Positions 19,331 to 27,472 of a DNA stretch of 64,000 nt are shown here, in pieces. The notes beneath the pieces are model-generated. The model searched no databases. It was given only the letters and a program-made list of their open reading frames with translations, and was not told where the DNA came from. Both the position numbers and the translations under genes were made by a program. Numbering within the stretch: the first letter of the stretch is position 1; every line of letters starts with the position of its first letter. Origin of the DNA: Pseudomonadota bacterium (GTDB lineage Bacteria; Pseudomonadota; Gammaproteobacteria; Pseudomonadales; Azotimanducaceae); contig JACZXW010000003.1 of NCBI GenBank assembly GCA_022571415.1, positions 834-64,833 of the forward strand, read 5' to 3'.

Positions 19331-19971
19331 ATTACACCTTCCCTGAATCCAGGATGCGGATTCAATTCTTTCAATCTCGATTTCAATTTGTATCTAACCC
19401 GGTGCAGAATACTCTTAACCGTGCCAACGGGTTTACTCATGATCTCACTAATTTCCTGCACGCTCGTTTCCTGCAGATGGAACAGGGTAATGATAGACCG
19501 TTCATCCAGACTCAATTTGCTTATCTCAGCGTTGATGATAACCCGAACCCGGCCTTCATCGGACATCGACTCCAGAGAAACCTGGTCCGCCTCCGGTTCA
19601 TCTCCCAAAACATCCATAGACAGCCGCTTTCTTCGAAGGAACGTTAACGCTGTTCTCCAGGCAACACTGTACAGCCAGGTTGAAAATTTGGACTCGAAGC
19701 GAAACTTGTGGAGGTTAAAAAATACCTTGACGAATACGTCCTGGCATATTTCCTCACGGTCCTGGGACTGCGGAATCAGCCGCCAGATGAACTTCGCGAC
19801 TGCATTCTGATACCGCAGCAGCAGAAGCTCAAAGGCACGATGATCCCCCCGGAGCACCCGCCGTACCAGGTCCTCGTCCGATTCCTCAGAGGTCACAAAC
19901 CCTCCCCCGTCATGAGCGTCTGAATGGTCATACATTCCAGTATGACGGCTGTAGCAGGCATCGGGTTGCAA
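19327..19971 (-). CDS. ECF-type RNA polymerase sigma-70 family factor
   Basis: Region 2 (FSTWLYSVAWRTALTFLRR) and region 4 HTH (ISEIMSKPVGTVKSILHRVR) are present. The start is uncertain, with several upstream Met codons. Confidence 0.85.
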   Translation of the reverse strand: MQPDACYSRHTGMYDHSDAHDGGGFVTSEESDEDLVRRVLRGDHRAFELLLLRYQNAVAKFIWRLIPQSQDREEICQDVFVKVFFNLHKFRFESKFSTWLYSVAWRTALTFLRRKRLSMDVLGDEPEADQVSLESMSDEGRVRVIINAEISKLSLDERSIITLFHLQETSVQEISEIMSKPVGTVKSILHRVRYKLKSRLKELNPHPGFREGVM

Positions 19972-20049
19972 AAAAGTAAAGAAAAATGCAACCAGAACTC
20001 GAGTCCACGCCTCTAAGGTGTATTAGCCACTAAACTTGAGGTAAAAAAC

Positions 20050-20397
20050 ATGGCCGGAGAACTCATCCCCATCCTGATAGTCCTGGGTTTCTTTTTGATG
20101 ATCGCATTCGTTACCCGAACCTTGTCAGACAATCGCGTACGCCGGGAGCTGTTACAGACAAATGCTGATGCTGCAACCATTGAAAACCTGTTCCTGCGCT
20201 CGCGCTCTGAAAATCCTGACAACAGCCTGAAATGGGGTATTGTCAGCGTATCTATCGGAATTTCCCTGGTACTGATCGAACTCCTAAAACTCTCCGCCGA
20301 TGAACCGATGGCCTATGGTCTCGTATTTATCTTCGGTGGCGGTGGTTTGCTCGTGTTCTACGCGATCAAGATGTTGCGTGGGACGGAAGGAATCTGA
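20050..20397 (+). CDS. small integral membrane protein (hypothetical)
   Basis: 115 aa with about three TM helices, divergent from the ECF sigma gene. Confidence 0.4.
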   Translation: MAGELIPILIVLGFFLMIAFVTRTLSDNRVRRELLQTNADAATIENLFLRSRSENPDNSLKWGIVSVSIGISLVLIELLKLSADEPMAYGLVFIFGGGGLLVFYAIKMLRGTEGI

Positions 20398-20415
20398 ACC
20401 GCCGAAGCCTTCATG

Positions 20416-21033
20416 TCAGGCATACCGCTCAAATTGACAATAGAGATAGCGCTGTTGCACGCCCGAGGGGGTGATGTGAGTCTCTCTATGGTGGCGAACC
20501 AGTTTGAACTCTGATTCAAAAAAAACACTGAGTGTTAATGCGCTGTAGCGTTGTACTGGCAAGCCGCTGCATTCTGAAGGACCGTCCAGATCAAATGTAC
20601 CAATAATAAAGTGACTACCTAACTTAAGTGCGTGCAGTAGCTTGTCGCGGTACGCCCGCTGATGTTCTGGCTCAATCAGGAAGTGGAATACTGCTCGATC
20701 GTGCCACAACCTGAAATGGTCGGCTGGCAGTTCAACCGCCGTAACATCTCCCTGTAACCAGGAAACCGAATTGCCTCGATTCCCCAATCTTGATTTTGCA
20801 ACAGACATTGCTTGCTCAGACAAATCGAGAACGTATATCTCCTTGTGCCCTGCATCGAGAAGGTCATCGACCAGGGTGGATGCACCACCCCCAACGTCTA
20901 TGACAGGATCATTGGGGATCAGACCCAGTTCACTGATCAACGCGATTGATGTGCTCAAATGCGGAGTATACCAACCCACCTGATCTGCTGGTTTAGAAGA
21001 GTAAACCTCTTGCCAGTGTTTTGTATCACTCAT
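20416..21033 (-). CDS. class I SAM-dependent methyltransferase
   Basis: VIDVGGGASTLVDDLLDAGHKEIYVLDLS (motif I plus the acidic loop). Confidence 0.75.
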   Translation of the reverse strand: MSDTKHWQEVYSSKPADQVGWYTPHLSTSIALISELGLIPNDPVIDVGGGASTLVDDLLDAGHKEIYVLDLSEQAMSVAKSRLGNRGNSVSWLQGDVTAVELPADHFRLWHDRAVFHFLIEPEHQRAYRDKLLHALKLGSHFIIGTFDLDGPSECSGLPVQRYSALTLSVFFESEFKLVRHHRETHITPSGVQQRYLYCQFERYA

Positions 21034-21114
21034 TGTCTAATGCCTGGTTAAGCCGTCGCTGTATTGACGCGAAGCAACGACCAAGGCTGTAGGAGGGGCA
21101 GACGAATATGACAT

Positions 21115-22563
21115 TTATGTCTTATTCGACTGTGGTGTAGCGGCGAGAGATAGTAATCGCTTTTCTATTCTTCGAACCATCGGTAGCGGCGCGGTCATCA
21201 AGACCCTGTTGCCACTGATATTTACTCTCAATTTTAATATTGTGTAGTTCAGAGTCGTTAAAATTGTGGCATTAAACACCAATCCATTTTCTTCTTGTAC
21301 AGGAGGTTTAAATCCCATTTCTCTAACGAGATAATCCATAACAGCATCAACATCTCTAATGTCTTTGAATATAATTTGCAAGGTGCCGAGTGCATAACAA
21401 TAGGTAGACCACAACCAGACAAGCACAAAAAAAACAGATAGACCAGTTAGTACGAAAGGCTTTGTCATCAGATTACTTGTTAATACTTTTAGAAGGTCGG
21501 GAGAACTCAGCCATCGTTGAATTTGGTTTTCAAAGAGCAAGCTCAAGACTTCCCTGTTTATTTTCGCTGATTCATCTGTTTCAGCATGCTCTCTTCTCAA
21601 CGTTTTTAGCTTCTCGGTCCAAAGAGCGTCCTCCTGCGCACCTAGAATGAACACATCGGAGGCAATGAGGGAATTAAAACTTTTTCGTAATTCAGACGTC
21701 ACATACGTCATCGTTTCTTTGTCTAATTGCCTGTTAGCATGTTTCGTAATGAGCTCCCTCGCAGGTCGATCCAGACCTCCCCATAGTGATACAAGCGCTG
21801 GAGTATTCTTTTCATCAAGCATTAGAACAATCTGGTGTATGTCGATCAAATCATCGTTATAGACAGAATAGATTTTATCTTCAGCACGGAGATAAAAACC
21901 AACTGAGGCCCCCACCACCAAGGACATCACCAGGCCTAAGAACATTATTACTGATGACTCACCCAGGCCCCTTCTTGGTGGCGCTAGTCGTGTCATGCCT
22001 TCGATCTCAAAAGAGGATGCTGAACCAGCACCAGGAATCGAAGCCTGCGCCATTTTTTTAGCTGGTTCACTCGATACGGCAAGCTCCGCCGGTTGGTGGG
22101 TTGCTTCATCGGTCTGTCGTTGAGCCAGATAAGAAGAAATACGTGATTGCAGTTTCTGCTGGTATTCCTGTTTAGGTATTTCGTACCTGAAAACGGCTTG
22201 CCGGTCCGACAATGTTAAATCGAGACTTCCTGGTAAATCGGTCGCTTCCAAATGAATCGCAAGGATCGGAATATGTTTCCTGTCCGCCAGGTTGACTTCT
22301 TTACGGCAGTTTTCGGATCGGGCAGATTCAGGAGTCACAAAATAGAGAAACAGACAGGTGTTTGTGATGGCGTTTGCGATCTCCTCACGCCACTCGGACC
22401 CCGCCTCAATTCCTTCGTCGTACCAAATGTTAAAGCCAAGATCGTTCATCCAGATCAATTCCTGAAACACGACAGCAGCGTCATTGTGCGAGTAGCTCAC
22501 AAAGATGTAAGGCTCATTGCCTTTGTATGCAGGGAAGGGTCGATCCACCCGTATCCAGTCCAT
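21115..22563 (-). CDS. TIR-domain protein with two transmembrane helices
   Basis: N-terminal TIR_2-like domain: YIFVSYSHNDAAVVFQELIWMNDLGFNIWYDEGIEAGSEWREEI...FLYFVTPESARSENCRKEVNLA. TM1 is VIMFLGLVMSLVVGASVGFYL and TM2 is FVLTGLSVFFVLVWLWSTYCYAL. The gene is AT-rich relative to its neighbours. Confidence 0.85.
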   Translation of the reverse strand: MDWIRVDRPFPAYKGNEPYIFVSYSHNDAAVVFQELIWMNDLGFNIWYDEGIEAGSEWREEIANAITNTCLFLYFVTPESARSENCRKEVNLADRKHIPILAIHLEATDLPGSLDLTLSDRQAVFRYEIPKQEYQQKLQSRISSYLAQRQTDEATHQPAELAVSSEPAKKMAQASIPGAGSASSFEIEGMTRLAPPRRGLGESSVIMFLGLVMSLVVGASVGFYLRAEDKIYSVYNDDLIDIHQIVLMLDEKNTPALVSLWGGLDRPARELITKHANRQLDKETMTYVTSELRKSFNSLIASDVFILGAQEDALWTEKLKTLRREHAETDESAKINREVLSLLFENQIQRWLSSPDLLKVLTSNLMTKPFVLTGLSVFFVLVWLWSTYCYALGTLQIIFKDIRDVDAVMDYLVREMGFKPPVQEENGLVFNATILTTLNYTILKLRVNISGNRVLMTAPLPMVRRIEKRLLSLAATPQSNKT

Positions 22564-22766
22564 TCTTTAGCTTTAATGAATACTAGGTTGGCGCATCTGG
22601 AATGACAATTCCACCTGTTTCAGGAGTCGCGAGCTGACAGGTCTCGGCGGTGCGCCGAAGCGGAGTGCGTGGACAGCACTCCTGACGCCATTTGACCTCA
22701 CTCACGGAAGAGCCTGAAAATTCGTTCACCAATTTCGGAAAATCTCACCTCTAACTTCGATGAAAG

Positions 22767-23699
22767 CTACGGTCTCAACTCAAATGCACCATTGGCTTCT
22801 TCCCAGGCGCGTTGCAACACAAATTCACGAGTCAGCCCAATAGGTATTATCATTTTCAAGGGCTCGTAGTCTTCATCTTCAGTCAGCCTATCCGTCTTAA
22901 GCGTCTCTTCCAGGGATGTCCCTTTATCGGCAGCTTGCTTACCGATACTGGCAAGCTGGCGCATGAAAGCCTGGAACTGTTCCAGCTTGGGCCGATTGGT
23001 GACAACACCGTGACCCGGAATGATGGTATGGAAGGGTAATTCAAGCACTTTGTCGATGGTATCTCCCCACTGAGCCACCGAACCACCGCCTTCCAAATCG
23101 ATGTTCGGATAGTGGAGATAGAAAAACAGATCACCCATGTGCACTGTTTTCTCTTCGACAAACAGCACCACCAGGTCCCCATCGGTATGCCCTCTTCCCG
23201 GATGGATCAGGCGCAATGTCTTGTTGCCCATGGTAATTTCTTTGTCATCGACAAAGGTTTCGTTAGGCATTAATGCAACCGCCTCTCCCGAGAAATAATC
23301 CGCATCCGTTTGTTGCAGGTGATGCAAGGTTTTTTCCGTGGCGACAACCCGCGTACCCGGGTCAAAGGCAGGATTACCGTGAATGTGATCAATATGATAG
23401 TGGGTGTTGATTATCAGGGTGATCGGCTTGCCCGTCAGCAGCATCGCTTCTTCCTTGATACGCTTACCCTGGTATTGCGAAGTCATGCTATCGACGATGA
23501 CTGTACCCTCATCCGTGTCGAGGACGGCAACGTTGCCACCAAGCCCATAGATAACGTACAGGTCATTGGTGATCTGACGGACCTCCAATGAACGTACTTG
23601 AAGAAACACATAAGCACCAAGTGCAACAACCACCACGACGATCGAAACGACCAACCATTGCCAGATTCGCATACCAGGATCCTGAATACTTGTAGCCAC
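22767..23699 (-). CDS. MBL-fold metallo-hydrolase with N-terminal TM anchor
   Basis: HxHxDH motif (NTHYHIDHIHGN) and an N-terminal hydrophobic helix. Confidence 0.85.
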   Translation of the reverse strand: MATSIQDPGMRIWQWLVVSIVVVVVALGAYVFLQVRSLEVRQITNDLYVIYGLGGNVAVLDTDEGTVIVDSMTSQYQGKRIKEEAMLLTGKPITLIINTHYHIDHIHGNPAFDPGTRVVATEKTLHHLQQTDADYFSGEAVALMPNETFVDDKEITMGNKTLRLIHPGRGHTDGDLVVLFVEEKTVHMGDLFFYLHYPNIDLEGGGSVAQWGDTIDKVLELPFHTIIPGHGVVTNRPKLEQFQAFMRQLASIGKQAADKGTSLEETLKTDRLTEDEDYEPLKMIIPIGLTREFVLQRAWEEANGAFELRP

Positions 23700-23788
23700 A
23701 AACTATACCCGCCTGGCTTAGACCTCGCTACTTGCCAAGCAAATAGCAACCCATTACAGTGCCCCGTCCACAGAGATGGCATATTGTC

Positions 23789-24691
23789 ATGATGTTCGAG
23801 AAGCAAACCTTGCACGGCGCCTACTTCGCACTCGCCGCATACCTTTTCTGGGGGTTTGTCCCGATATATTTCAAGTTAGTGGATCACGTCTCGCCATGGG
23901 AGATTTTGTGTCACCGGGTGCTCTGGTCTGTGATTTTGCTCATTGGTATTCTCTTCTACACCGGACAGCTGCCTGCCCTGAAAGTCAATGCGAGCGTTGT
24001 AAAGAAACTGTTCCTGACTTCCGCCCTTCTGTCGGTCAACTGGCTGGTTTTTATCTATGCCATCGTCAACGAGAATATTGTCGAAACCAGTCTGGGTTAT
24101 TTCATCAACCCCCTGGTGAGCGTCTTGCTCGGCATGATATTTCTATCGGAGCGACTAAGGCCGATGCAATGGGTCGCAATATCAATCGCTGGTTCCGGTA
24201 TCGCCTTCCAACTGATTTTCTATGGCGCGATACCCTGGATCGCGCTCACCCTGGGATTCAGTTTTGGATTCTATGGACTCGTTCGAAAAAATCTGAACCT
24301 ACCCTCGGTCTCCGGGCTCGCGCTGGAAACACTGCTAATCCTTCCCTTTGCCATACTCGGCCTGCTTTGGTTCAGCACCTCGGGAAATATGGATTTTGGT
24401 GCAGTAGATCGACAAACAGATGTCCTGCTGATCATGTCAGGATTCATCACCTCTTTCCCGCTGCTCTGTTTTGCAGCAGCAGTGACAAGACTTTCATTGA
24501 CTGCAATCGGTATCTTTCAGTATATCGCGCCGAGTCTTTCGCTGGTGGTTGCTGTCGTCATGTATAACGAACCGTTCGGCCTTGACCGGATCATCACCTT
24601 CACCTGCATCTGGATTGCGCTGGTCATCTTCTCCATGGAGACGTTGTATTACCACCGCAAGCTTGCCATGCGCGGGACAGCCAACGCCTAA
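23789..24691 (+). CDS. rarD: EamA/RarD-family transporter
   Basis: GAYFALAAYLFWGFVPIYFKLV is a RarD-type N-terminus, and about 10 TM helices follow. The ATG at 23789 is chosen. Confidence 0.8.
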   Translation: MMFEKQTLHGAYFALAAYLFWGFVPIYFKLVDHVSPWEILCHRVLWSVILLIGILFYTGQLPALKVNASVVKKLFLTSALLSVNWLVFIYAIVNENIVETSLGYFINPLVSVLLGMIFLSERLRPMQWVAISIAGSGIAFQLIFYGAIPWIALTLGFSFGFYGLVRKNLNLPSVSGLALETLLILPFAILGLLWFSTSGNMDFGAVDRQTDVLLIMSGFITSFPLLCFAAAVTRLSLTAIGIFQYIAPSLSLVVAVVMYNEPFGLDRIITFTCIWIALVIFSMETLYYHRKLAMRGTANA

Positions 24692-26496
24692 TCAATCAGC
24701 CTCTCAAATACAACACGCCCATTCACCATCGTTAAATCTACCTGCATATCCAGCAGCTCTTCTGGGGGGCGCTCGAATATATTGCGATCCAAAATCACCA
24801 AGTCTGCCAGCTTACCCTGCTTGATGGAGCCTTTCACATTCTCATCAAAAGCGGCTCTCGCGCCATTAATGGTATAAGCCTTCACCGCATCCTCGAGTGA
24901 AATTTTCTCTTCCGGAAACCAGCCACCATCGGGATTACCCTTAATCGTCGTACGGTTGACTGCCGCATGAAGTAAATATTTTGGATGATTGTAATACTCG
25001 GCCGCATTGGTACCCGGCCAGTCAGACGCAAAAACCAGCGTCGCACCATGATTTAGAAGCGACCTGAAAGCATATGCCCCCCTGCTCCGTTCATGACCGA
25101 TGCGCTCCTCCATCCATCTCATGTCATCAGACAGGTGATATGGATTCACCTCGGCAATCACTCCGAGGCTAGAAAACCGGTCAAAGTCCTGGGGCCTGAC
25201 CACTTGACAGTGAATCACGCGAAACCCTTCCAAGGAACCACCGAGATCTCTCTGAAGTCGCTCAAAAGTGTCCAGCATCAGCGATACCCCCCGTGTACCG
25301 ATTGCATGGACGTTTACCTTGAAGCCACCCCGATGGGCCTCTTTCAAGTAGCCGTATATCTTCTCCATGTTAGGCACCAGGTGCTCCGGATCGTCGCTGG
25401 TATGGTCGCGATATGAACCCAAGTGACCGGGGCGGTCGTCATAGGCTTCAAAGAAGAGCGCCGAATGGTTTCCCATAATGCCATCGATGTAACCCTTGTA
25501 GGCTCCCCACCTCAAAAAGGAATCGCGTTCACCGGAAACGGGATGGGTATTCATCTCGATCCCTTTCTCATTAAATTCCGCCGCCCTGGCGAGATCAGCT
25601 CGCATCCAAATGCGTGCGGTAAGCTCGCCGCTATTCTGCAGATCAATGTAAACCTGCTCATAGTCAGTCGGTGTTATGTCGTGGATTTCAACAATGCCAT
25701 GTTCACGCATTTGCTTCAGCGCTGCACGCGCCTCATTGAGAATACGGTGACGGGATTTTTTCCTAATTACAGCTTGAATCTTCGCAATGGCAGGAGAGCC
25801 TTTGCGAATTAATCCCGTGACAACACCATGTGCATCGATATCCATTCCTGGCAGCGGATCCTGGAGCAGACCAGCTTGCTTCAAGGCCAGGGAATTGGCG
25901 AGATACAATTCCGGTGATCGTTCAAAACTGTTAACAAACACGGGGTTCGCGGCGCTGATATCATCAATTCCGGTCCGGGTAGGCTGCCACCTTATTCGCA
26001 ACTCATCACTATCGCCTCCACTCGAACCATCCTGCCAGGTCTCATACGCCCCCCAGGAACCTCCGGTAATCCACTCGCCTTTACCAAGGATCTTGATGAC
26101 TCGCTGTAATTCCCGACGAAACCCGGCGTCGCTCGCAACCTTGAGCAGATTTGCATCATTGATCTGTTGCCCCGCACGATTGAAATGAGTGTGACCATCA
26201 ATAAATCCTGGCATGAGTAATCGGTCACCCAGTTCGACTACCAGGGTCTCGTCACCAATAAAGTCGGCAACATCAGGACTCGCCTGCGCATAATCAACGA
26301 AAATTATCTTGTCGTCTTTTACGACTACCGCCGAAGCCCAGGGCATCACGTCATCGGCAGTGTACACACTACCTTTAAAAACATAGTCGCCTGGCTCGAT
26401 GCTGGAAGACGGCAGACCAGCTTTATCACAGGCAACAGGCAGCAGGATAAGACTCGCTGCCAGGAATGTTCTTATCTGGACGGGAAGGTTGATCAT
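24688..26496 (-). CDS. amidohydrolase-family (Amidohydro_3/YtcJ-like) lipoprotein
   Basis: LLMPGFIDGHTHF metal-binding motif. The start at MINLPVQIRTFLAASLILLPVAC gives a lipobox-like LPVAC with AGGA upstream; the ORF track extends to 26553. Confidence 0.8.
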   Translation of the reverse strand: MINLPVQIRTFLAASLILLPVACDKAGLPSSSIEPGDYVFKGSVYTADDVMPWASAVVVKDDKIIFVDYAQASPDVADFIGDETLVVELGDRLLMPGFIDGHTHFNRAGQQINDANLLKVASDAGFRRELQRVIKILGKGEWITGGSWGAYETWQDGSSGGDSDELRIRWQPTRTGIDDISAANPVFVNSFERSPELYLANSLALKQAGLLQDPLPGMDIDAHGVVTGLIRKGSPAIAKIQAVIRKKSRHRILNEARAALKQMREHGIVEIHDITPTDYEQVYIDLQNSGELTARIWMRADLARAAEFNEKGIEMNTHPVSGERDSFLRWGAYKGYIDGIMGNHSALFFEAYDDRPGHLGSYRDHTSDDPEHLVPNMEKIYGYLKEAHRGGFKVNVHAIGTRGVSLMLDTFERLQRDLGGSLEGFRVIHCQVVRPQDFDRFSSLGVIAEVNPYHLSDDMRWMEERIGHERSRGAYAFRSLLNHGATLVFASDWPGTNAAEYYNHPKYLLHAAVNRTTIKGNPDGGWFPEEKISLEDAVKAYTINGARAAFDENVKGSIKQGKLADLVILDRNIFERPPEELLDMQVDLTMVNGRVVFERLID

Positions 26497-26565
26497 CGCT
26501 GTTCCTATACCCCATGACGACAACCCAGTATAGCAAGAGCGAAAATTCCCCAACGATCTACTATC

Positions 26566-27420
26566 ATGATGAATTACCCATTAGGCAGCAACATGAAAGA
26601 GACCCAGTTTGACCGGGACATCGCTCTCACCCATATTTCAGGTGATCATTACCAGGTAGACATCAGCGACACCTGGAATGTCACCATCGGCCCGAATGGC
26701 GGCTATGTGGCTGCAATCATTCTCAACGGAATGAAAGCCAGCCTGGGAGATGTGCAAACCAGGTCCGTGGCCTTTCACTACCTTTCCGCTTCTATACCCG
26801 GACCCGCCGATCTTTTTGTTAACGTTGAAAAGAAGGGGCGATCTCTATCCACCTGTACCGCCAGGCTCCTTCAGGGTGATCGCACGGTTGCCATGTCCAT
26901 TGCGACCTTTGCATCTGCACGTGAATTTTACAGCTTCCGTGATTTTGACATGCCAGAGGTACCCGATCCGGACGATATCGCTCCAACATTACGCATGAAT
27001 TCAAATCTTGTGGGACATGTGCCGTTTCGAGATCACTTTGATCAGAGACTAGCGATCGGTCCAATACCGCCTGCCACCTCGGAGGAGGGTCGGGTTGGCG
27101 GTTGGACCCGGTTCAAGGAGAACCGTGTGTATGACGACCTCGCCATTGTCGCAATTTCCGATTCCTGGTTTCCGGGCTTAAACGTAAAAGATACACCTGT
27201 GCCCATGCACGCGCCGACCGTGGATCACTCTGTTCATTTTTTAACTTCCGTACCACTTGAATCCATCAAGATTAATGATTTCTTGCTGGTCGAATTCACC
27301 ACCCATGTCGCGCAGGAAGGTTATCTCATCGAAAATGGCAACATCTGGTCCGCGAATGGTGTCCTGATTGCTCAATCCAGGCAGCTCGCCATCATGCTGC
27401 CGCGGGACGATTCGTCCTGA
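26566..27420 (+). CDS. acyl-CoA thioesterase II-like (double hot-dog) thioesterase family protein
   Basis: 284 aa. WNVTIGPNGGYVAAIILNGM resembles the thioesterase-like superfamily (4HBT_3). The start may be at a downstream Met. Confidence 0.6.
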   Translation: MMNYPLGSNMKETQFDRDIALTHISGDHYQVDISDTWNVTIGPNGGYVAAIILNGMKASLGDVQTRSVAFHYLSASIPGPADLFVNVEKKGRSLSTCTARLLQGDRTVAMSIATFASAREFYSFRDFDMPEVPDPDDIAPTLRMNSNLVGHVPFRDHFDQRLAIGPIPPATSEEGRVGGWTRFKENRVYDDLAIVAISDSWFPGLNVKDTPVPMHAPTVDHSVHFLTSVPLESIKINDFLLVEFTTHVAQEGYLIENGNIWSANGVLIAQSRQLAIMLPRDDSS

Positions 27421-27472
27421 GAGTGTTTTCGCATGCTATCGCCCTGTATTAAAGGCACGCCACAACCCGATG

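Noticed and set aside
21034-22766. I looked for mobile-element hallmarks around the AT-rich TIR gene: flanking direct repeats, a tRNA, or an integrase or transposase.
   Set aside because: I could recognise none by eye. The islet therefore has compositional evidence only, and I do not annotate a mobile element.
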